A DNA stretch of 64,000 nt, taken from contig JBMNJG010000012.1 of NCBI GenBank assembly GCA_050951545.1, positions 32,001-96,000 on the forward strand. The letters are read 5' to 3'. Positions 41,813-49,483 of this stretch are shown here, piece by piece. How positions within the stretch are numbered: the stretch's first letter is position 1; each line of letters opens with the position of its first letter. The DNA is from Limnochordia bacterium (GTDB lineage Bacteria; Bacillota; Limnochordia; DTU080). The notes beneath the pieces were generated by a model, which did no database searches, was not told where the DNA came from, and saw only the letters and a list, made by a program, of their open reading frames with translations. The position numbers and the translations under genes were made by a program.

Positions 41813-42235
41813 TTATCCGTGGCTGTCGAGTGCGTATCCGCCGGAACTGCCCATGATTTCCCGGGCTCGCTGAGCCTCTTCGTCAGAATGCACCTCCACG
41901 TCTGCCAGGATCCTGGTTCTGACACGGCGTTTTCTGGCGGCTGGCTCATCATCAGCGACTACCGCCAGAAGCTCATCGAGGTCACCAATGGAGACATCAA
42001 CTGTGGTGCTGTTGCCCACGAGCGTAGGTCCCGCAGCGGGCAAGGTCATCACCGGGGTACCAGCAAGACGCCATCCACCAACGGGATCATGATCCTCCGA
42101 GAACTCCTGAGCGTGCCGTTGAGGGGGCATGATACGCCTCATGTTGATATGCTCATCCGTGAATCCTCTACGCAGATGCTCGAGAGCTGTTGCCGCCTGT
42201 TGCTCGTTCAGAAAAACGTAACGGACGATACCCAA
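41813..42235 (-). CDS. Hypothetical protein (weak resemblance to general-stress/YflT-like proteins)
   Basis: VF.NEQQA..AL..L N-terminus and EEAQRAREIM..GG C-terminus; ends at a terminator. Confidence 0.65.
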   Translation of the reverse strand: MGIVRYVFLNEQQAATALEHLRRGFTDEHINMRRIMPPQRHAQEFSEDHDPVGGWRLAGTPVMTLPAAGPTLVGNSTTVDVSIGDLDELLAVVADDEPAARKRRVRTRILADVEVHSDEEAQRAREIMGSSGGYALDSHG

Positions 42236-42446
42236 GACTAGCTCACACATCCTTTCTTGGTTTTCGTGGGTTCAGGACAAACCGCCTGTGGCATAGACAC
42301 AAACAGACACGAGTAGTATCTCCAAGGCGAGAAGTTTCTCCAAGGAAGGACCAAGCCCGCGTGTGTAGAAAGATCCCTGCGCTTCATATGGAGACCATCA
42401 CCAGAAAGGATGCACAATCTGACCATCTGTGGCATTATTATGAGTG

Positions 42447-42549
42447 GTAGCTGGTATCGCAAGGCCCTTGTGCTTCCGGAGCCTGAGTCTGTTCACACTC
42501 TGGGGGCCGTTAAGGCAGGTGGGGTCGCTAGTGATACCAGCTACTTTTT
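42447..42549 (+). ncRNA. Candidate structured ncRNA immediately upstream of the dif-like site
   Basis: 14-bp closing stem 42447-42460/42531-42544, internal stems, T5 tail, TATTAT just upstream. Confidence 0.45.
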
Positions 42550-42551
42550 CC

Positions 42552-42580
42552 TTGACTTAATTCCTGATAATCTATATTAT
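42552..42580 (+). promoter_or_regulatory. Sigma-A promoter of the Xer recombinase, overlapping the dif-like site
   Basis: TTGACT-17 nt-TATTAT. Confidence 0.7.
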
Positions 42581-42587
42581 CAGGAAT
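42560..42587. other. dif-like recombination site (perfect 11-6-11 palindrome)
   Basis: ATTCCTGATAA-TCTATA-TTATCAGGAAT; same geometry and TAA-TnTATA-TTAT core as E. coli dif; 65 bp upstream of a Xer-type gene. Confidence 0.8.
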
Positions 42588-42652
42588 AGGGAAGCGTCGT
42601 CTGCCCACGCAGGACGAGCACTTCCCTGGATGGCCAGGAGGTCTCTAGGCAC

Positions 42653-43720
42653 ATGACAACCTCGTACAACGCATGCGTTGACTACTTCATCGACTCACTG
42701 ACCGGACGCTCGTCACAGACGCGTCGTAACTATGAATGTGACCTACAGCAGTTCAAGCTGTTTCTCGTTTTGATGCGGCCACATGTGCTGACACGTTTGG
42801 ACCCAGATCGACTAAGCCAGCTGCAGGGTGATCTGCGCAAAGGCGACGGCAAGCTTTGGGATACAGATCTCTTGCGCCGAAACTACAAGACGCGGCTACG
42901 TTCACAGGCACTTCTTGACTGGTTTGATGTCGAGATCGATCGATTACGCAAAGAGGACGTCGTGGCGTTTTTCGCCTTTCTGGAGTCTACAAAGGAGGTC
43001 AGCCGCGCTACCCTACTTCGTCGCCTTGCATGCTTGCGTCAGTTTTTTCGGCTCATCTCCAGAGAAGGGCTTCCACTCGCCCCCGAGGTTGTTGAGAGGC
43101 TGAATGACATGAGGATCCCACCCGAGCGGAAAGTGCCGGTGGCGCTTAGTGAGGATGAAGTGCTGGGTTTTCTGAGGTCTATTGACAACGTACGAGATCG
43201 GGCCATTATCGTGGTGATGGTGTTCATGGGGTTGCGAGTCTCCGAGGTTGTGCAGCTGAATGTCAACGATATTCAGCCGGGCCAGCCGGGGATTACGATT
43301 CGGGGCAAAGGTGCCAAGGAACGGTATGTACCCATACACCCTCAGGTTCATGACGCTGTGCAGGCCTATTTGGCTGTTCGTGTTGATGCGATGGCAGATG
43401 AGTATGGGGAGCCTCTTTTCGTCAGTAACCGCAAGAAGCGAATCGATACTTCGACTATACGCCGTTTCATCAAACGCTACTCGCTGTCCGTTGGTGAGTT
43501 GGAGGCGCGCAAGAAGAGTAAGCTCAGTCCGCATAAGTTTCGGCACACGTTTGCCACTCTGCTTCTCTCGAACGGTGTAGACATTCGCTACATTCAGGAG
43601 TTATTGGGCCATCAGCATCTATCTACCACGGAGATATATACCGCCGTGCGTGCTGCGGAGCTTGATGCAGCGATCGCCCAGCACCCTCTTGGTGAGGAAG
43701 ACAGCTTCCGGCAAGACTGA
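42653..43720 (+). CDS. Xer-family tyrosine recombinase (XerC/XerS-like)
   Basis: Full catalytic set: GLRVSE (R), GKGAKER (K), PHKFRHT (HxxR), LLGH, TTEIY (Y). Confidence 0.92.
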   Translation: MTTSYNACVDYFIDSLTGRSSQTRRNYECDLQQFKLFLVLMRPHVLTRLDPDRLSQLQGDLRKGDGKLWDTDLLRRNYKTRLRSQALLDWFDVEIDRLRKEDVVAFFAFLESTKEVSRATLLRRLACLRQFFRLISREGLPLAPEVVERLNDMRIPPERKVPVALSEDEVLGFLRSIDNVRDRAIIVVMVFMGLRVSEVVQLNVNDIQPGQPGITIRGKGAKERYVPIHPQVHDAVQAYLAVRVDAMADEYGEPLFVSNRKKRIDTSTIRRFIKRYSLSVGELEARKKSKLSPHKFRHTFATLLLSNGVDIRYIQELLGHQHLSTTEIYTAVRAAELDAAIAQHPLGEEDSFRQD

Positions 43721-43740
43721 TTACCATATTCGGTGGGCGC

Positions 43741-44097
43741 TTAAAGCAGCTGGTTTCGACGGTCGGGAATGTGCAGCACCGCTCCGGGGCGCAGATCACT
43801 GTCAGATAGGTTGTTGATGCGGCGAATCGTGTCTATGGTGCGCCGTGGGTCAACGCCCTGTGGGCCGTGATCGATAGCGAGCTGCCAGAGGGTGTCGCCT
43901 GCGCGGACAACTATGGGTTGGATGTTGGCAGTTGACGCTGCCTGCAAATGTGAGTTGTCACTTCCCCACCTCGTCGCTGCGAGAGCAACCCAGAATAGTA
44001 CCAGCAATGAGACAGCAGTCAGCATCCGGATGCCCTTGCAGGGATCTGCAGCATGACTATCGTTCTTTTTGCGCGTGGGTGCCTGCCAGAGATCCAT
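43741..44097 (-). CDS. yneA: LysM-domain SOS cell-division suppressor (YneA-like)
   Basis: TM segment plus LysM VRAGDTLWQLA..INNL..LRPG; divergent from lexA. Confidence 0.8.
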   Translation of the reverse strand: MDLWQAPTRKKNDSHAADPCKGIRMLTAVSLLVLFWVALAATRWGSDNSHLQAASTANIQPIVVRAGDTLWQLAIDHGPQGVDPRRTIDTIRRINNLSDSDLRPGAVLHIPDRRNQLL

Positions 44098-44127
44098 TGG
44101 TACTCCCCCCCTGCCTAATGCTGTTCA

Positions 44128-44208
44128 CGAACAGGCGTTCCTCAAGACAACCTTACAGTAACACGAACTTTTGTTCGTGTCAAGCACAACTGACCGAACG
44201 AGTGTTTG
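44128..44208. promoter_or_regulatory. Three LexA (Cheo) SOS boxes overlapping divergent promoters
   Basis: CGAACAGGCGTTCC (44128), CGAACTTTTGTTCG (44164), CGAACGAGTGTTTG (44195); lexA promoter TTGAAA-17-TACAAT, yneA promoter TTGACA-17-TACTGT. Confidence 0.88.
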
Positions 44209-44273
44209 AAATGGGCGAACATGTGTGTTACAATGGCCACAGCTGGATACATGGAGAGCTGAGGTGACAGGCT

Positions 44274-44879
44274 TTGGATAGGCTAAGCTCCAGACAGAGG
44301 CAGGTTCTCGACGCTATCAGAGACCAGGTGTTTCGTAAGGGTTATCCCCCTTCGGTACGTGAAATCGGTGATGCTGTCGGGTTGGCATCTAGTTCCACTG
44401 TGCATGCTCACTTAGAAACGCTAGAGAGAGAGGGTTTCATTCGGCGTGACCCTACAAAGCCCCGGGCCATCGAGCTTCTCGATTCGGCGGTACCGAACCG
44501 CAAGGTGGTGCATGTTCCGGTTGTCGGACGGGTCACGGCTGGTCAACCCATTTTGGCAGTCGAGAATATCGAGGATTACTTCCCTATCTCGCGGGAGCTT
44601 CTGGCTGAGGATGAGGCGTTCATGCTTCGGGTCACAGGCGACAGCATGATAGGTGCCGGAATCCTTGACGGTGATTTTGTTTTTGTTCGTCAGCAGTCGC
44701 ATGCCTCGAACGGGGAGATTGTGGTTGCCCTTATTGACGACGAGGCAACTGTAAAAAGGTTCTTCCGGGAGAATGATCATTTCCGACTTCAGCCCGAAAA
44801 CCCGGTGTACGAACCTATTCGCGTTGCTGATGTCTCGATTCTGGGCAAGGTGATAGGTATTTTTAGGCGGATGCACTGA
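44274..44879 (+). CDS. lexA: SOS repressor LexA
   Basis: [14 protein letters not shown] cleavage site, GDSMI, ATVKR. Confidence 0.97.
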   Translation: MDRLSSRQRQVLDAIRDQVFRKGYPPSVREIGDAVGLASSSTVHAHLETLEREGFIRRDPTKPRAIELLDSAVPNRKVVHVPVVGRVTAGQPILAVENIEDYFPISRELLAEDEAFMLRVTGDSMIGAGILDGDFVFVRQQSHASNGEIVVALIDDEATVKRFFRENDHFRLQPENPVYEPIRVADVSILGKVIGIFRRMH

Positions 44880-44900
44880 TAGAAGCAGGGGTTTCTCACA

Positions 44901-44949
44901 ATCGAGTAGGGTGAGGCTCGCTGATCACGCGAGCCTCACCCTACTCGAT
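44901..44949. terminator. 21-bp perfect inverted repeat between convergent genes
   Basis: ATCGAGTAGGGTGAGGCTCGC-TGATCAC-GCGAGCCTCACCCTACTCGAT. Confidence 0.7.
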
Positions 44950-44961
44950 ATATTGCACAAC

Positions 44962-45360
44962 TCAGACAAACGATCCACTAGCCACGCCTTCCTGTGACAC
45001 ATGCCTGCTTGTGGCTGCTGCCCGGAGTGCCGCTTGGTTGGTGATTCCCATCATGGTGAAGAACATCTCCAGGGCCAGTTTCTGTCCGGAGAAGACGGGC
45101 TCCAGCCCAGCGAATTCGGATGACGCGAGACGAGGTAGAGATGCGTATCGGCCAACAGCGTGTCGATAAGCAACCTCTACCCCGTCTTTTTCCACAATCC
45201 CCATCAGTTCGGCGTACTGTGATCGGCGAGCTTCCGCTTGGGTTCTCCAGAACTGAGGGTTGTCTGTCAAGGTGCTTGCCAGGAGATCCTGCTTGGCAAG
45301 GCGCCTAAACTTCTTCAGCCCCCGCAAGGCGTCGTCGTCGGAGATCCGAATCATGGGCAT
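44962..45360 (-). CDS. Hypothetical protein
   Basis: Strong RBS GGAGGGGGAG; helical-looking 132 aa; sigma-H-like promoter upstream. Confidence 0.75.
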   Translation of the reverse strand: MPMIRISDDDALRGLKKFRRLAKQDLLASTLTDNPQFWRTQAEARRSQYAELMGIVEKDGVEVAYRHAVGRYASLPRLASSEFAGLEPVFSGQKLALEMFFTMMGITNQAALRAAATSRHVSQEGVASGSFV

Positions 45361-45441
45361 CTCCCCCTCCAGTTATGGTCTGACGACTGTCAGATGTGAA
45401 GCGACCTAGTCACATACCGACGGATTGTGTCTAGGATTCTT

Positions 45442-45470
45442 ATTCGCTCTCGCTGAAGCGTACTCCTTTT
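45442..45470 (-). promoter_or_regulatory. Putative sigma-H promoter
   Basis: AAAGGAGTA...AGCGAAT on the minus strand. Confidence 0.5.
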
Positions 45471-45691
45471 TACGTTGCATCATAATATGAGCGCCGCTCC
45501 ATGCGTGCGCGCAGCCGAGGAATGGCTAGGAGATGCGAGTTGCCGTCTACGACGACTCGGCATACATCGCAGGTTCCCCTGCTAGACAAGCGCGTTAGTA
45601 GCAGCTCCGCGTAATCGAGTCTGTCGGCCCAGACTGGCGGCTGATGCCCACAACCGGGACCGGAACGCTGATGCTGTTTCCGATGCGGCAT
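45470..45691 (-). CDS. Small hypothetical protein
   Basis: GGAGGT RBS 8 nt before ATG; upstream GTATC-18-TATACTA sigma-G-like motif. Confidence 0.45.
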   Translation of the reverse strand: MPHRKQHQRSGPGCGHQPPVWADRLDYAELLLTRLSSRGTCDVCRVVVDGNSHLLAIPRLRARMERRSYYDAT

Positions 45692-45794
45692 AGGCCTATA
45701 CCTCCGTTCTCATTGGTAGTATACGTCTGGGTGCACCGAAGGATACCAGCCAGAGAAGATCGCATCTGGCTCTGGGACCTGGGGACGTCGGACA

Positions 45795-46022
45795 CTAGGC
45801 CTGATGGTCCGCTGGGTGGAGACCCTCAGCGACTAGGTGGGACTCGCTGTCGGCGGGCCCTGTATAGATCCTGATGCTGTAATTGCTTCCGGCTTTTCCC
45901 AGCCCGAAGACGAGGCCTCTGCTTTTGAGACACTGATTGAGAAAGGTGACCACACGGTGTAGTTCGTTAGCACTGAAGGTCTCGCTGGCAAGAAGCTGCA
46001 GTTGGTCGGGCTCATCCGTCAT
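45795..46022 (-). CDS. YpmA/DUF4264 family small protein
   Basis: LHRVVTFLNQCLK...LVFGL...IRIY matches the YpmA pattern; AAGGAGG RBS. Confidence 0.75.
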   Translation of the reverse strand: MTDEPDQLQLLASETFSANELHRVVTFLNQCLKSRGLVFGLGKAGSNYSIRIYTGPADSESHLVAEGLHPADHQA

Positions 46023-46056
46023 GATCCCAGGATCCTCCTTGGTGGTGTTCTGCTGT

Positions 46057-46287
46057 TCAGCGAATAGACATCACTGAAACGCATCGTCTCATGGCCAAAT
46101 AGAAGGATCCGACAAGGGAGCCTCCGTATAGAAGCATACTGCCACACGCTACTAATGACAAGCCCAGGCGCAGCCACCGCGGGAAACGCTCTGTGCTTTC
46201 AGATTGTTCGAGCCACAGCAAAAGGGTAGCCGAGACCAAGGCCACCAGTCCGCAGATAACTCCCGCAGTTAGCACCCATGCTGACAT
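46057..46287 (-). CDS. Small two-TM membrane protein
   Basis: Two hydrophobic helices; GGGGGTGG RBS; CATAGGAT -10-like motif upstream. Confidence 0.55.
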   Translation of the reverse strand: MSAWVLTAGVICGLVALVSATLLLWLEQSESTERFPRWLRLGLSLVACGSMLLYGGSLVGSFYLAMRRCVSVMSIR

Positions 46288-46342
46288 GTCGCACCCACCC
46301 CCGCTTGCATCCTATGCTTTCCTACGGGCGTGGGTGAGTCAG

Positions 46343-47122
46343 CTATGTTGAAGGGTGGAGCGGCCAGTTCTGCAGCACTTCGAGGCTAGCGTAGTGCGTC
46401 AGATCGTAGTGAACCGGAGTCAGAGAGACATATCCGGCCGCAAGAGCCTGAGCATCGGTTCCCTCTTGCCCCTCGGTGTCCACTGCAGTGCCTGCTCGCC
46501 AATAGTAGGTTCCCCCGCGGGGATCAGTCCTGCGATGCACGCCGTCCATATAGCGGCGCATGCCCAGCCGTGTCACCTTAGTGCCTCGAATGTCTGCAGG
46601 CGGAAGGGCTGGAATGTTGATGTTGAGCAAAGTGTCAGCGGCCAGGCCCCTTGTGGCCACCTGCAGCGAGAAATGGGTGGCGATGTCTGCGGCCATCTCC
46701 CACGGAAGCGGTGAGCTGCCTTCAGCCAGGGAGACAGCCAAAGCAGGCACTCCCATCACGGCTGCTTCCATCGCTGCGCTGACGGTGCCAGAATAGATGA
46801 TATCCGTACCCAGGTTTACCCCATCATTGATGCCCGAAATCACTGCGTCGCAAGGATCCGTGTCAGAAAGCAAGGCCTCCAGGCCCAAGCGGACGCAATC
46901 TGCAGGTGTGCCATCTACAGCATAGGCCCTGATGCCTTCCGCAAAGGGGACGGGGTGCACTCGCAGCGGATAATACACCGTAATCGCGTGACTGGTTGCA
47001 CTGCGTTCACGGTCAGGAGCCACCACGGTCACGCGTCCTTCGCGCTGCAGACGAACGGCGAGCGCATGCAGGCCGGGGGCGTTGATGCCGTCATCGTTAC
47101 TCAACAAGAAATGCAAGGGCAT
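46343..47122 (-). CDS. surE: 5'/3'-nucleotidase SurE
   Basis: SNDDGINAPG, GTPADCV, SGINDGVNLG, YSGTVSAA. Confidence 0.96.
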   Translation of the reverse strand: MPLHFLLSNDDGINAPGLHALAVRLQREGRVTVVAPDRERSATSHAITVYYPLRVHPVPFAEGIRAYAVDGTPADCVRLGLEALLSDTDPCDAVISGINDGVNLGTDIIYSGTVSAAMEAAVMGVPALAVSLAEGSSPLPWEMAADIATHFSLQVATRGLAADTLLNINIPALPPADIRGTKVTRLGMRRYMDGVHRRTDPRGGTYYWRAGTAVDTEGQEGTDAQALAAGYVSLTPVHYDLTHYASLEVLQNWPLHPST

Positions 47123-47140
47123 CTCCTTTCAGGCGTAGAG

Positions 47141-47815
47141 CTAATCTCTCGATCTCACTGAGAGTATCCCTTCAAGACTGGCGATCTCGTTGAGGACCGT
47201 AATCCGATTAACCTTTTTGGGAAGGACCACTGACAGCTCCAACAGCGTTGGGCGTACGTCCTGGTCCAGACTCACGTCGTGGATGTTGATACCGTAGCGA
47301 CCAAGAACTAGACCAATGGCTCCAAGCTGTCCGGGTTGATCGGAGATCTCGAGAAGAAGCACATGTCGCTTGGTGGACAGAAAGTGCCGTTCGACCCTAG
47401 ACAGAAGCAGAAGCGTGACGAGCACCAGGCCTGTAGTGACACTTGCTGGAAGATAGGCTCCGATACCTACTGCCATGCCGATACCAGCGACAACCCAGAG
47501 GCTCGCAGCCGTGGTGAGGCCGCGAACGTTGGAGCCCTCACGCATAATGGTGCCCGCTCCTAGAAACCCTATGCCACTGACCACTTGGGAGGCAATGCGA
47601 GCGGCATCGTAGGTGGGGCGACCGAAGGAGAACCTGATTGGGGCTATTCCGTAGACGGAGACGATCATGATCAGGGCAGAACCCACTGAAACCAGGATGT
47701 GCGTCCGAAAGCCAGCGGGGCGACCATAGCTTTCGCGTTCTAGGCCGATCAGTCCCCCGAAGACTAGTGCCAACACCAGCCTGGCTGCGATTTCCCAATC
47801 TGAGAGGTTGGTCAA
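47141..47815 (-). CDS. MgtC/SapB family membrane protein with C-terminal ACT-like domain
   Basis: [39 protein letters not shown]. Confidence 0.92.
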   Translation of the reverse strand: MTNLSDWEIAARLVLALVFGGLIGLERESYGRPAGFRTHILVSVGSALIMIVSVYGIAPIRFSFGRPTYDAARIASQVVSGIGFLGAGTIMREGSNVRGLTTAASLWVVAGIGMAVGIGAYLPASVTTGLVLVTLLLLSRVERHFLSTKRHVLLLEISDQPGQLGAIGLVLGRYGINIHDVSLDQDVRPTLLELSVVLPKKVNRITVLNEIASLEGILSVRSRD

Positions 47816-47905
47816 GGCATTCCCTCCATTTCCTGCAGAAAAATCTGTAGGAAAAAAGCTTGCCTGCTGGCAAGCTCGTTTCACCGCCATGATCTCGGAG
47901 CCAAC

Positions 47906-48550
47906 TCAGAACTGGCGCTCGATCTTGCTCTTGATTCTGCACAAGGCGTTATCGATGGATTTGGTGTGCGTGTGTAGCCTTCTCGCCATCTCCTTGTACG
48001 ACAGCCCGTTGATATAGAGCCTGAACACACGATACTCGAAGTCCGAGAGGTTTTCCTTGATGTGCTTCTGCGTGTAGTGCAGGCGCTCCCGGTCGATAAC
48101 CAGAGACTCGGGATCGTCCACCTTGTTGTTATGCAAGATCTCCATCAATGTGCGATCGCCTTCGACATCATATATCGGCTTATGCAGCGAGGTATAGGAG
48201 TTGAGAGGAATGTGTTTCTGGCGTGTGGTCCCTTTTATGGCACTTATCACATTGCGGTTGATGCAGAGCTTGGCGAAAGACCAAAACGACGATGAGCCAG
48301 GTGAAAAGTCACGTATGGCCTTATAAAGGCCAATCATGCCCTCCTGCAGCAAATCATCATCCTCGGCCCCTTGTAGGAAATAGGGTCTGGTCCAGATAAA
48401 GACGAGTTTCTGGTACTTCAGTAGGAGGTATTCGATGGCTTCCTCGTTTGCAGACTGGGCGTAGGCCACTACATCCTCGTCAGCCATCTGGGAAAAATCG
48501 ACTTTGAGGGTTTTCTGGAGACCGTCTTCCAGCAGGGCGTTTCCGCTCAT
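47906..48550 (-). CDS. sigH: RNA polymerase sigma factor, SigH family
   Basis: YFLQGAEDDDLLQEGMIGLYKAIRDF, TRQKHIPLNSYTSL, KSIDNAL.RIK. Confidence 0.93.
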   Translation of the reverse strand: MSGNALLEDGLQKTLKVDFSQMADEDVVAYAQSANEEAIEYLLLKYQKLVFIWTRPYFLQGAEDDDLLQEGMIGLYKAIRDFSPGSSSFWSFAKLCINRNVISAIKGTTRQKHIPLNSYTSLHKPIYDVEGDRTLMEILHNNKVDDPESLVIDRERLHYTQKHIKENLSDFEYRVFRLYINGLSYKEMARRLHTHTKSIDNALCRIKSKIERQF

Positions 48551-48596
48551 GCGGCCATCACTCCTAATGATCACGCACACTCGTTCCAACATTTAC

Positions 48597-48626
48597 ATTT
48601 CAACGAGAACGGTGCCGTTCCTCCTT
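48597..48626 (-). promoter_or_regulatory. Sigma-H-like promoter upstream of sigH
   Basis: AGGAGGAAC...GTTGAAAT on the minus strand. Confidence 0.35.
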
Positions 48627-48700
48627 AGGACTTTGTCTGAGCATTAAGACTTTCTCTCCTCTAAGGTTGTCGATCTACTGCTTTTCGAAAATCAGCGGTC

Positions 48701-48741
48701 AAAAAGAGCCCGGATCGCTTCTTCGCCGGCGTCCGGGCTCT
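48701..48741 (-). terminator. Intrinsic terminator between speD and sigH
   Basis: AGAGCCCGGA...TCCGGGCTCT followed by TTTT. Confidence 0.8.
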
Positions 48742-48794
48742 ACGTACAGTGTGCTTTGTCTAGCTTTTTAGCACGCATAGACTTGCTGGTGGAC

Positions 48795-48840
48795 CTCCTC
48801 TAAAAACCCTTCTACGTTACATCACCGACATGAGCGCCCC
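48795..48840 (-). repeat. 46-bp direct repeat, copy A
   Basis: 38/46 identical to 50823-50868. Confidence 0.8.
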
Positions 48841-48918
48841 TGATTTTCCTTCTTCGTGGCGGTGAGCCACTCACGGGGTCGCCGCTCCTTACAGATCCAG
48901 CGCGTGCCTGAGGCCCGA

Positions 48919-49311
48919 CTACACAGGACTGACTAACTCCTGCTGCTGTAGTAGTTGGCGCCTAAAGGTTCCCCGCTCGATTTCGGTCGTCGTTGAGTGT
49001 TTGGCTCCAAACTGAGTGAGTAGACGCTTGCATGCATCCCACGGATCGACCCGATCACCACAGGTGAAAACGTCTATCGCAGCGTAACCATACTCCGGCC
49101 AAGTGTGGATGGCCAGATGTGATTCAGAGATCACCACTACACCGCTTACTCCATGGGGACTGAACTGATGAAACGCGACTTCTCGAATTTCTGCACCTGC
49201 CTGTAGTGCTGCATCGACCATCACTGTCTCTACCAGCGCTCGGCTGGTTAGTACCTCAGGGTCACATCCATATGCCTCACATAGGATGTGCCTCCCCAAA
49301 GGCTTGTTCAT
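48919..49311 (-). CDS. speD: S-adenosylmethionine decarboxylase proenzyme (class 1B)
   Basis: [26 protein letters not shown]. Confidence 0.96.
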   Translation of the reverse strand: MNKPLGRHILCEAYGCDPEVLTSRALVETVMVDAALQAGAEIREVAFHQFSPHGVSGVVVISESHLAIHTWPEYGYAAIDVFTCGDRVDPWDACKRLLTQFGAKHSTTTEIERGTFRRQLLQQQELVSPV

Positions 49312-49400
49312 TCCATTCGTTGCCCCCTTTCAGGAGGTTCTTACTCCCTAGTAACGGGCAGGCCGCCGACACGCGTACCGCCGGGAATTATGCATGCCTC

Positions 49401-49428
49401 ATTCTAGCAGATCTTACCCGAATGTCAA
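49401..49428 (-). promoter_or_regulatory. Sigma-A promoter of speD
   Basis: TTGACA-16 nt-TAGAAT with extended TG. Confidence 0.65.
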
Positions 49429-49483
49429 CCAGGAACCATGAGAAACCAGGCTGGGTGAGGCGCAGCCATTTTGGGGTTCTGCG

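Noticed and set aside
42465-42525. SRP RNA or 6S RNA identity for the hairpin element
   Set aside because: Minus-strand TCAGG..GGAAGCA lacks the 3-bp stem and GNRA loop of SRP helix 8; CCCACCTGC is 6S-like, but the element is too short and lacks the central bubble
41662-43720. Prophage or integrative element at tRNA-Trp using the tyrosine recombinase as integrase
   Set aside because: No duplicated tRNA 3' end, no arm-binding domain and no phage or ICE cargo seen; neighbours are core lexA/yneA and the adjacent site has dif geometry
44216-44229. Fourth SOS box CGAACATGTGTGTT
   Set aside because: Only the left half-site matches GAAC-N4-GTTC
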